From Chrysomallon squamiferum (lineage: Eukaryota; Animalia; Mollusca), in the NCBI GenBank assembly GCA_012295275.1, contig CM022665.1:36270001-36334000 (forward strand): a stretch of DNA of 64,000 bases, written 5' to 3'. How positions within the stretch are numbered: the first letter of the stretch is position 1; each line of letters starts with the position of its first letter. Position numbers and translations under genes: made by a program. This document shows, in pieces, positions 1 to 12,674 of this stretch. The notes beneath the pieces are model-generated. The model had not been told where the DNA came from. It searched no databases and saw nothing but the letters and a program-made list of their open reading frames with translations.

Positions 1-12
1 ATTATGATTATG

Positions 13-78
<66 letters not shown>
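1..78. repeat. (ATT)n microsatellite
   Basis: Directly visible. Confidence 0.95.
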
Positions 79-82
<4 letters not shown>

Positions 83-3000
83 GCAAAAGACAAAGACAAA
101 CAGAGAAATAATTAAAGAAAGAAAAACAAAGAGAAACTGTGATTAATAATGCAATGTATTTCAAAGCTCACTTGTTAACAGAAGATTAAATCAAAATACC
201 TTGTTGATTCCTGCTGATTGTTATCAGGAAATAATGTTTACAGGTGCCAACGGAAAAAAACCGTTGTGTTTCAAGAGTTAAGGTGACTTTTACGAAGATC
301 TAGTGCCAAACCCACGAGCGTTGTTTAAACATTATCATCTGATAAATGGAAATGTCTGTTGGGAATGCCTTCCGTTAATGGATTCTTGAACATAAAATAG
401 TAAAGAAGAAATATATGAACTAGGACTTAAGACAACATTAAATAGGTATTTAAAATATTTATGAAATAAATGTAATAGCTAAATAAACAGACAGATGACA
501 GATACAAAATGGATGGCAGACTTGCATACACATATACAATAAACACATATATACATAATTAAATACATACGTACATATGTGTATATATGTGTATATGTAT
601 ACTCACACACACACACAAAACATAAACACATACATACATACAGTCAGACAGACAGATATACGCACGTATATACATACTAACAGACATACACACAAATACA
701 CATATACACACACACACGTAAAATTGACTCAGGATCGTCGTCCACCTCTGTGGTGCGGGGAAAAGTGTGCCATACGTTCGAGTCTCGTCAGCGGCAACTG
801 ACGTTGGTGAGGTCGTGACTGAATATTGTTTATGTCTATACACATATTTTTAATTAATTTTATTTCTTATTTTATTCTATTTACACTTTTATTTATTTAT
901 TTATTTATTTTTTTGGAGGTATAATGGCCCTAATTAACTTGTCTGAAATGGAAATCTCGACTGAAAACAAAAACGTTTTGCTGATTTCCTGTGTGGTACA
1001 TTTCATGATCTTTAGCGATTTATTCCGAGTTAATATCAAGTGGATTAGTACATGCTTTTACATGGAAAACACGCTAACACGTGTTAGGTCGATCGCACAG
1101 TTTTCAAAGAGCCTTTGCTTGTTATACATAAATTCAGTCTGCATAAAATCATTAAAACTTTACACATTAATATAAAACAGATAAATAAATTAAGAATAAA
1201 ATGTAATTACATTATGCTATGTTATGTTATGTGTATACGTATCTGCGTACCTACAAATAATGTAGCTTTTTGCAGACAGAACCATTAGATTTAATATTAT
1301 TTACTTTAGAAACGTTTAGATCTGAAAATAATGATTTTCCACTTAATGTGAGGAAAATAAAGTTCACATGGAGTATTTGCGTTCAGATCAGGAGTGGAAG
1401 TGAAACGTATCTCTAGCTGGGCTATTTCTAAATGTAGGACAGTATTCCTTTGCCGCTCGTAAAACTTTAAAACGATACTAATGGGAACATTGTGGTTGTG
1501 ATAAGTAAACCATGTGGCCGGACGTTTTATTTTCGTTCGTTAGGCTGATAAGTGTAACAGATATACTGCCGTGCAATAAGTTAACGTTAAAATGGATATA
1601 CATATAGTAAAATAACTTTCTTTTTTACAATCAGGCTTATTTAAACAACTAGGTCGTTTGCGTAAACTTTCACCTACATAACAGCGTTAAGAGATACAAC
1701 GCGCTGTGTGGTTTTAGTAAGCAGCTGCTGAAAAGAAAAGTGGCAGTCGCTTAATGAAAAATGCTGATAATAAGGTCTGCCCCTCTGTCATTACTGGCAG
1801 TATTTTACTATACTGAGAAAACAGTAAGCAAAATTGTTGTATTCTGTAATCAAAGACGATATAAACACGCTAGTTAAATATTACCTTTAATAGACCAAAA
1901 ATATAACATTAAAATTAAGAAATATGCAAAAGGTAAGTAACTTGGTAGTAATTTGCAATCAAAGATGAGAGATTAACATGCAAATTAAATTAATATTAAT
2001 CTCAACAGACGACTAATAGAATGCTTAAATTAAATACAATTCAAATGGTAAATAAAATGGTAGCACAATGTAATCAAAGATGACGTAAAAGTGTTGATGT
2101 ATCTTTTCACCAATCAAAAATCTAGTCTAGTATTTTGTCAACAATTAAAGTGTGTAGTTGTCAGTCATCGTTAGTCTCGCAGATTCTAAGGATTCTAGGT
2201 TCGTATCCATCTGCCGAACGGAAGAAGCATATTTGTTGAAAACCCTCAAGATTATATACGTGACATTTGTTCCTTGTTGCATGTTAACTTACTAAACTGC
2301 AAGCAGTTAATGTGAACTAAACTGACACAGAAATTAAACGTTATCAACACGAGTGTGAAGAACAGTGATTTCTGAATATACATGTATATCATCATATTAA
2401 AATTTTCACTTGCGGAGAGGGTTTTCGATGAATGGTCAGAGCGCTCAAACTTGTGAATAAATCTAAGAACAATTAATATTAATGCGTATTAAACATTCGT
2501 TCATTCGTGTATATTAATCAAAATAATCATAATGTGATTTTTCACTCATTTTTAAATTATAAATTCTATTAAAATATAGGTTTTCTCTCGAATTAAAAAC
2601 AAATAAAGTATTGCCTTGACCTTGACTGGGGTCGTGAAAATAATATATATATATATATATATATACAGGAAATATTTCAGTGCAGCATAATCTCTTTCAC
2701 AAAACAGGATTATATCATTGCTTGTATTATAACATCTAAACAGACGTCATTTCATTTCTTATCTCTGTTATTTTTCAGACATAGAACTGTTATCTTGACA
2801 ACGTAAATAAACTGTCACCAGTGCTCATGTCAGTATTGATCTTTATGATTTTGTCTGACGACACAGATATATGCATACAGAAAGCAGCTTGCTTCGTGAG
2901 AACGAATTCCTGATGGAAGTGTCAAAGCTTATTTCACTAACATTGCGTCAAAATGATTTTATACTGACGTATTAGCATCCGTAAATATATCACCGAGTAG

Positions 3001-5387
3001 TAAAAATATATTACTAATACGATAGGATGCATCATATGATGTATGATATAATATAATTATGATACGATACGGTGCAATATGATACAGTTCTCTGTATCTG
3101 TATTTTACTTTGTATGTACGAATTCTATGTAGGTTATATTCATTATACTGAAATGATATAAGCTCTATGCCAGTGGCGCACTACATATTAACAGAAAGTT
3201 CAGTGAATATATTATATATGTTATAATATGGATATATATTCGTGTATCCAAAGCTTGTTTTGTGTGCACGAATTACTCAAAAGAAATGTCAAAGGTAATT
3301 TGTCAGTATGCTGTGATAACCTGTTCGTGAACTGAATATAGGGTAAAAGAGATTCTGACATTTTATCATAATTAAAAATGGCACAGAAAGGTCAATAAAA
3401 ACATGCCAGTGATACAATTTACTTTTGTTCGAGCATTTCAAGCTTGCTTGGTGTAAACGAAACGGGAAGGAGGTGCGAAAACTAATTACGTATATTACTG
3501 TGACAAACAGCTACTGCTCTGAAATGGGATTCATATCTCCGAGATACTGGTACATTTACTATGAGTTAAAATAACACAGAGGACAGTTAAAATAAGTTAT
3601 ATAGTCCGCCCGTTTGTGCATTCGTGGGCTCTTCCATCATCTGTTTACTTAACAGTTTCTTTATCACGTGCAATTCCGCCTTTTGCACGAAAGTTTATTT
3701 ATGATTATGTTACTAATGTGCAGACGTACATGATTATAAACGTGCACATGAACACTATGAAGTGTAAATGTATGTTCAGTAGGTAATTTGGCAGAAATAG
3801 TAGGCAGATTATACTGGCTGTATATGTCTGTATATCGAAAAAGCTGTTTATTTGCTTTCATGTTAACATATAAATAATTTTTCATTTTTCACTTTTTTTG
3901 TTTTGTTTTTTATACAACTAAAAATGGGGAAAAAATAAGAATAAATATTAATAATTAAAATAATATTTTAAAAATAAATTAATTAAAAGTATTTTATTAC
4001 TAAATGATTCACTCGTAGTCAACATCGCCATAATCATCATTACTGCTTTTCTAAACAATAATACTACTCTTACTACTACTGCTGCTACTGCTGCTGCTAC
4101 TACTACTACTACTACTATTACTTTTATATCTACTACCACTACTACTATTATTATTCCACTAAATGTCAAAGCTTGTACTAACTAGCCTGATCGCCTCAGT
4201 ATGTCCACTGACAATGACTTGTCTATTCATTGTGTCGAGCCTATCTACACAACTGCCTTCCTGTAATCGACAGCAGGTGTCTTCTTGACTTGTAAATTAG
4301 AGGCGAGATGAAATGCACACTTCGGATGGTCAACCTGTATCAAGCCTCGGCTGGCTCTGATGGAAAAGTAATTCCCCGCAAGAGGCGAGATGGGCAACAA
4401 ATTATAGCAAGTGTAATGTAAACCAAATGCATGTATTCATAAGAGCTTCGGCCGCCAATTAAGAGGGATATTTGGGCGACATCGAGTTAAACAGAGTGCA
4501 ATAAATCAAAGCGGATCGGCATTTGGAATGTGTTATGTTTGCCATGAATTGGACGGCCTTAAATTTTTAGACTTACGGATTATTTGAATGGCTCACTTCA
4601 TACGAAAGTATCTAGCTTAATTCTGTGTCTTAAAAAGAGACTTGTGATGACAAAGAGAGATCGATAATTATAATGGAAAACACAGAGCAGTTTTGTTGCT
4701 CTCAAACTAGATGTAATTACATTAATTACTGCCACCGATGATGAAAAACGCCATCTCGGAATTGATCTTATCTCAGAAATAATTATTTTTTCCGTTATTT
4801 ATTTTGCAAAATAATTATGAACTATCCACCCACGCACTTTGTTATACGGATATTTGACGGTTACTTGTCAAGGATAATATTATGTCAAATGTATTTGTTT
4901 TTTCAGATTTTACTGATATTTATTCTGGAAAGAATTTCACGAAAAGAAAAGAAGTTCCACAGATCGAGAACTGATTAAAAAATTGTCTTTCAGATGTTTA
5001 ACTTTACGAAAATAAAGAATCCTTTGATAATAACTGAAGTAAAGATTGAAGCGTCTTTTCTTGGGCACATGATATGACTGCCCAACCCAACGCAGGTGTA
5101 ACGATGTCAGAAAGTTGAGAGGTATAGCGATCTTACATCTTCCCAAATAATTCTGAGTAATAGCAAGTATGGCATTCGATCCAGAACGCATGCTATTCAT
5201 AACCCTTGTGGACTGCCTCACCGTACCAATCAGTCTTCTGAACTCTTCAAACTAACAGCATCTAGCATTATTCTGTTTATACCAGGCCATTTTCAATAAA
5301 TCTTTGCTATTAATGAAAAACAGGAAAAACTTGTTCCGATTGTTTTTTCGTTTTCTTTCCGATTGTGACGGCACTGGCAGTCGGCTC

Positions 5388-5429
<42 letters not shown>

Positions 5430-5483
5430 GTGGTTGTTGTCGTTGTCGTGGTTGTTGTTGTTGTTATTGTTGTTGTTGTTGTT
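5388..5483. repeat. Compound (ATT)n/(GTT)n microsatellite
   Basis: Directly visible; it explains the poly-I/V/L/N ORFs in the track. Confidence 0.95.
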
Positions 5484-7006
5484 TTTTGTTTGTTTTTTGG
5501 GAGTCTCGGTTTTTATCCGTCTAAAGCTGCAATCGCACACACACAGTGGAATGTACTAGCAGACATCCGCAGGGCACAGTGTATCTGTCGAGGATTTGTA
5601 TCATACTTGTTAGGATCAAAGCAGCTCTTTAGAGTAGAGTATTTACTGATCTGACAAGCAATGGGAAGATGTCGGGTATTGCTCTGGCTTCAGCGGTCAC
5701 ATCAAATGAAAGTACTGACTGACCAGGGCTAGGGAAGTGCTATAATTTATTATAGCCACTGTCTTCTAGACATTAAAATTATATCTTTCACAGAATACAA
5801 TTACGAAATGTTAAGATGTTTACGACTCTGTTCATTTTCTGTAATATCGATTGCATTATCTATCTATCTAACTATATATCTATATATCTATCTATCGATC
5901 TATCTACCTAGCTACCTACCTACGTACCTACTTACCTGTCTGTCTGTCTGTCTGTCTCTATTTTACTCAGTAGCTAGATAGTGTGGGACAATTTAAGTGT
6001 CTTACACTTTATTATTGATAACGGAGTTCAATCCGCTGATGGAATTTTGAACTACACTCTTCCCATGGCTCTTTACAACGCAGTGTTTAACTTACCTGTA
6101 TTATTTTTAAAACTCTTATTACATGATAGATGTCTATGTATATGTCTGTGCCTGTGTGCGTGTCCGTGCATGTATGTTTGCGTATTTGTGTGATTGTGAA
6201 TCTGAATGTCTGTCAGCAGAAGATAAAGGAAAAGCACCGCGTGCATCCTGTACCCAGATCAGCATATTGTGATTCGAATATTCAATAAACAATACAATTC
6301 ATACACAAAAAAAAAAAAAAAAAAAAAGATAATAACGACATCATGAGAACAGACTATGCAAAACGCCCACAGAAATCGTGACAATGTCGTTGTTACTCTG
6401 TCTCTGAAATACTCTTGTGTCGAATGGCCTGACATTCCTTCCTTGTTTTATTATGGATCTTTTTTTCTTTTTCTTTTTTTCTTTTTTTTTTTTTTTTTTT
6501 TTGTTTTCGTTTTTGTATTCCTTGTCGCTTGGTAACCATATGGAATACCATATTTGATATAACCGGCCTAACAGGTAATAGACGAATAGCTTGTTAATAA
6601 GTTAGAATGTGAGTTTGTAACTGTTGTAGTTAAAGGAACTAATAGTGAAAATTATATATTTGCTGCAACTCGTAAAATAATTAATATGTGTTAAAAATTA
6701 TAATTTTAAAACTCTTAGATATTTTACCATGCTTGTTGTCTTGTGACAACCTTTATATTTTTATCACAACCGTTATATGTTTATCACAACCTTTATATTT
6801 TTTATCACAATTTGACCTTTTAGCGACCGAAAGTCTGAGGTCGGAGAATCCATGACAGAAACATGAATAAGATCATTTTCACGAACACTCCGTCTTCCAC
6901 TGATCCTCGTCAGATCTTTCCACTAAGGAGACCTATTTACTGCAAACGAACTCGCAGTTCAGTGAGCAACATTACTTCACTTCGTAATAAGCTTTCGTGG
7001 ATTTCA

Positions 7007-7320
7007 GGAAGGAAGTAAGATATGTTTTATTTAACGACGCACTTAACATAATTTTAATGTGGCGCCGTACAGCTGGTTCTTAACAATACAGATAAGGGAG
7101 AGAATCAACCCGCTGCCACAATACAATGGACTACTCTTTTTCTTTTCTTTTTGATAAACAGCAAGAAATTATTTTTTTATATGCACCTTCCCTGAGACAT
7201 GAAAACATACGTTATGACGTTTGATAAACTGGTTATGGGTAGCGGAGGAGTAAGACGGGAAATAGGTCAGTGGGCTCGGTGAGGTGTGTCGATCTTGCTA
7301 CGTGACGTGTCTGAGCCGTG
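7007..7320 (-). mobile_element. Degenerate tRNA-derived SINE (Deu/Nin-domain-like), most complete copy
   Basis: Plus-strand text aggaagg..tgttttatttaacgacgcact..gagagaatcaacccgctgccac..ctactctttt..gcaag..tttatatgcacc..gggaaataggtcagtgggc..gatc. The same blocks recur at about 9100, 10700, 20400 and 24960. The family label is from memory of gastropod SINEs. Confidence 0.6.
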
Positions 7321-9097
7321 GGTTGGAGCGACGTAGCCAGACTCTCAGGTAGATTTCAAAAAGCACCATTACAAAAAGTGTTAATCTTATCAGTTTAATA
7401 GCTTTGCCAATTGCATTGCCAGAAAAATATGTGCTTTTAAATATAATAATCAGAGATGGTTTTCATCACCTACTGAACAAAAAAAAAAAAAAAAAACTGT
7501 TTTAATTTTTCATTTAAAAAGCGTGTTATTTTCATAACGAAATGTCTTCGCTCAAGATATTTTCAATTATTGTTCGTTTACTTTTGAAAGCCAGACACAC
7601 GAGGAATATAATTTATTTTAAGCATTCCTGTCTACCTCTCATAGAAATCGGCAACAGGACGCTAATGTAGAAATTATGCAGGGAAAATCTAGTGCATGTC
7701 AAACACAGGATTTGATATCGCAATATGAGAAACACTGATACCGCATTAGTGAGAATGATAAAAACAAAAGAGTGATAAATGTAATAACCTGTCATAAAAT
7801 AATTATAAAGATTTTCTGTTTTTCTGTCTGACTTTTTCTTTCAGTCTCTCTGTTTCTCTCTCTTTCTCTCTCTTTCCATTTACATGTGTGTATATGTATA
7901 CGTATATGTATAGGTATGCATGTGTGTGTGTGTGTGTGTGTGTGTGTTTGTACATACACCCACACTCACACTTTTCTCTCCATTTATGTCTATATCTGTA
8001 TATCCATCCATCCGCTAGTTTATCCATTCATTTAACGGTAAGCACAGAAGGACACTGAACTGATGCAGTGTAATTCTTTCACGTGATTATTGTAAACACA
8101 CACGTGTCTGTTTGAACAGTCTGAAAAGATAATTATAAAAACAGAGGAAACAGTCCTATTAGGTAAGGCTGACGCTGAAGCCTATTTGTCATAGATGACG
8201 TAAAACTTCTATTTTTGTGAAATAAAAAGATTATTCTCTTGCTCTTCTTTAAGACAGAGGTGAAGGAACAGCTAAACTGGATTCATTATAACAACAATTA
8301 CTTGGTCGACAAGAAGGTTTTGTTTGTTGTTTTAAAGTGTTTGTTTATAGCTAAAAAAATTCTAATTTTCGGTATGTTTCACCTTCTTGTTATATAATGC
8401 TCTGTTGTTTTATTACTTTTTAATCACCTTTTATTTATCATCTGTTTTCTGTTTTCGATATTTATTTTATTTTAATTTTTTCTTTCTTCCTTCACTTTAC
8501 TTTTCTTTTTTCTATTTTTTATTTCATTTTATCTTCTTTTTCTTTTCTATTTTTTTTCTTTTTTAATTAATTGACAGGGAATCAATGTAACAACAGGAAA
8601 ATTGTCGAAGTATTCAAATGTCACTGCGCTACTTTGAAATATCCACTGACAACATTGCCCTGGCAAACCTAAAGAAACTTCTATTTTTGAAACTAATTAC
8701 TACCTGCGTTAAAAAAGACGTATATTAACAAAATAATCTGTCTAATGATGATAATCTAAAAAAATAAAAAAATAAAACAGATAAAGAAACGCAAATGCTA
8801 TTCGTTTAACGTAGATATATTTTCTTTAATAGATATCAGATAACTTTTATTTATTTATTTATAATGAAATGCATGTCATCTTCATTGTTTTATAATCTGA
8901 TCGAATTCCACCCCCTATTTCTGAAACACTGGTTCCTCTCCTGACTTATTATTGTATCGACCTAACAATGAGAAATCTTATTTGTCAAGAACTGTTGTCT
9001 TTGTGTATTAAGTAAACAATGTTTATTTGTGAAGCTACAGAATCGTGAAAAGCAATTCTGATTCGCCTGAAGGCCTCTATATGATAATACGATAAAA

Positions 9098-9330
9098 ATG
9101 AACGCACGAATAAGTATTTATTTAACGCCCACAAATTTGATTTATTATCAGTTTCTGTGAACAGCTTTTAATGTATCGAACATCACCTCTTGTGTAACGT
9201 TGACACGAGAGAGGAAACCTGACAATGCCATAACAAGAGACAGTCTTTATCAGTTAGTACAGTTCATATGTTACAAGAAAAAATACATACATTGACATTC
9301 TGTCAACTAATTATCCAGCATATGCTATAA
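9098..9330 (-). mobile_element. Degenerate SINE fragment
   Basis: tttatttaacgcccac..gagagaggaaacctgacaatgccat, matching blocks of the 7007 copy. Confidence 0.4.
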
Positions 9331-9820
9331 CGGAATATATATATTTTTTTGTTTAACGACACCTAGCACAAAATTAAAATTTATTATTGGCTGTGAAGGG
9401 AAACTACATCACAACTCAGCCATGCTCTGTAAGTTAAATTGTACTGTCAGATAACAAAGTATTTCTTATTGTCATCAAATTCTAAAAATTCATGTGTTCA
9501 AATATCATTTTTTGTTTCTTTTGTGCCCTTACGAAGGAGCTGGATGCTTGGTCGTATTCACTGGTCTCTCTTTCGCTCTCTCACTCTTCCTCATAGAAAT
9601 TTACTGTTTTATCAGATTTACTTTGTTTTAAAACAATAAAAATTATAAATAACTGAATACGTTAACAAAATCGCAATTGCTGCAAAGATAATTAAATTAT
9701 ATAACAACAACAACATCAGTAGCAATAACATGTATTACTACTACTATTATTGCTAATGTCATCATCTTTATTTGTCTTCTTCTTCTTCTTTTTTCTTCTT
9801 CTTCTTCTTCTTCTTTCTTC

Positions 9821-9870
<50 letters not shown>

Positions 9871-10029
9871 AGAAGAAGAAAAGGTAACATCACTTTATTC
9901 TATGCTGCTTGAAACCACTTTATACTTTTGGGTCTATTCAAAGATTTAATGTTACGTTTGTCATCATGAACATAACAGATCTATTTAAAATGAAGTGAAA
10001 GTCCTAGGAAACTCTTGTGACAAAATAAA

Positions 10030-10121
10030 TACTTAAATAGCCAATAAACAGTTTGAAAATATCCTTTTGTATTACTTAAATAACCAATAAACAGTTTGAA
10101 AATATCCTTTTGTATTACTTA
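10030..10121. repeat. Tandem duplication, about 43 bp x2
   Basis: tacttaaata(g/a)ccaataaacagtttgaaaatatccttttgtat occurs twice. Confidence 0.85.
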
Positions 10122-11750
10122 AGTATCTATAGTTAAAATAAAGAATCTTCTAGATTATCGATCAAGTTGCCAGAGTTACCTTTTGGAAAGTTTAATGCAG
10201 AAATCAGAACTAGACAAAATAAAACATCCTACTTGGACTCGAAAATGTCGGACTTAATGGTTTATTGTTGATGTTGGTATTTTCAAATTAGATATGAATG
10301 AAAGCAGTAACGTATTTCCGTCTTTTCAACGATGAGGCCGACTGTTTTACTACTGTTGTTGAAGCTGTTCCGTATATTTTTTACGGATCTATAATAAGCC
10401 ATTTTTCTGGTCTTTCAATTTATATCATATTTTTCCAGTTAGCTCCTGATGGAAGCCGAATATGATTTGCAATCTCATACTTTCTAAGATTAAGGCCAGC
10501 CGTTTTAATACCGTAATCGCTGTTGTTTAGTTAGTTTGCAATTTGTGTTGATCGTAAACAATAAACTAAAATATGTCTTTTAACTGCTCGTGTAAATGGT
10601 AGGAGAAGCCTGTAACAAACACAAATCTACAAACCTCCCAGAATTAATGCAGGCAGTTAAACTACAGAATCGAAGATGTTCCTCTGAATTTAGTATTATT
10701 ATTATTAATGACTCACAATATGTTTAGTAAATAATAGTTTAAAAGAATTATTTATATGGACCACGAAAGCATATACCAGACTTTCAGTTAACTAAGAATG
10801 GTACACGGGCTGGAACACGAAAACAAAGAAAAATCATAAGACCAGCTAAGTCTCAAACCTGTACTCTGATCACCTAGCTTCTTAACAAATCCACAATAAT
10901 TAGATCGTGAACGATACAGTAAAATTATTTTATCTTCGTGTCTTCCATCATTAAGGCCGATAACTTAATTGGATCACTGATGTCGGCCTACATTTATTTT
11001 ATTAGTTTACAGCATCTGCTGATCCGAAACACCGAACTTTTAATGGATCATTTAACTTGCATCATACATTTGGCAAATTGGCTCTAGGGTAGAGCCAGAA
11101 ACAGGATGCGGTCTCCGAACTTTTACAACATCAAGTGCTGTAGTTAAACAACAGCAACGTCGATGTTGGTAAAGCTATACTTTATTACTTTACTGTGTGT
11201 GCTGACACCAAACACAGAACCATAATAACTAGATTTACTTAACGTTTAACTGTTTCCTTAAACCTCCACAACAATTAGAGAGCCAGAAACGGGATACATC
11301 ATCCGTATCCCCCAGCATTAAGGCCGGCATCTGAACATAGATGGTGGTCGACTGTTTTGCTTTTATTAGCTTACAACATGTGCTTAACAGAGAAACACAA
11401 TAAACAATCTGACTCACTCTGTGATCCACACGTTTATAGGATTAAATCTCTCGTGTCGCCTTTAACATTAATGTTTCTCATAGATAACGACCAATGAATG
11501 TTACCTCCGTACTCCATACAAACCAACGTTCCGAGTTTCTTTTGTACCGTACATGAAAATAATAGGTTTGTTAGTGTAATGCAAATCGGTCATGGTGTAC
11601 AAGTTTCCTTGAAGAAAAATTAACCCCATTTTTGTTTATGCTGGTTTCGTATAGATGCTGTGCTATTACGATTGAAACAAACCCCCCCCCAAAAAAAACA
11701 AAAAAAAAACCCCAGCAATAAACAAACAAGAAAAGAAACAAATCAAAACA

Positions 11751-11781
<31 letters not shown>

Positions 11782-12632
11782 TATAGAACTTTAACAGAGT
11801 ATGAAGATTACTTTTCGTTATTCTGTTAGTTCGAACATAACTTTAATATAAATTAAATAACAATATTAAAATAACAGGTGGGTGTTCGGCTAGACTGGGT
11901 GTAGGTTATATATGCACAGGCAGATAAGAATGTAGGAACGTAGAAAGACAAAGAGAAAGAGAGAAGAATTACAGAAAAAGAAAGAAAATAGATTTACAGT
12001 TATCATTACACAGTTATACATATCATTTACGAAGGTTTCCTGTTAGATAATTTCAAAATGTAATTAACAGGAATATCTATAATGTCGAAGATGAGAGATG
12101 TAACTACAGTCTCGCGTAATTATGATTACGCTGAATCCCCCAAGAACGTCTTTACTTATTATCTTGGTAGAATAAAATGATGATGGAACGAATATCACTA
12201 TTAGACTCTAACTAAACTAAATTAAGCTTTAATTAATAAGAAAATGTAATATACTGTTTGTGATTAATGAAGAAAAAACGTGATTAATGGCGACGAGCTG
12301 AGTAATGACGTATTGAAGAACGGAGAATCCACTTCCCACTTTTCAAGGGGAAAAACCCATTTTGCTGTCACGAGACTTCGCGAGACAACGTAACTCAACG
12401 TAACGTAAGAGGTTTATGCGCTCTGAAACGTAGACAGTGATTTACCAAATCAGTGGAATCGAAAGACAAAGTTGTCGCAGTTACATATAGTGTATAAAAA
12501 TATGTTTACAACTGAAAACTTTAATACTGTGTTTCAAGTTAAGTATTTCTTAAAGATGTTTTATCTTTGCCTTAATATACTTAATTATGTCATGATTAAT
12601 ATCCTTTCAGTTTCCCAGTATGAATATTTATC

Positions 12633-12674
<42 letters not shown>

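Noticed and set aside
559-843. ORFs rich in C/V/Y or H/T/I (also 5304-5654, 16526-17778, 18943-19143, 21295-21528, 25029-25271, 60067-60329, 60839-61036)
   Set aside because: They are translations of microsatellites or low-complexity tracts, with no splice or homology support.
4940-5290. Possible RTE-type LINE 3' remnant (FLGHMI)
   Set aside because: A single short motif among stop codons; not supportable without a search.
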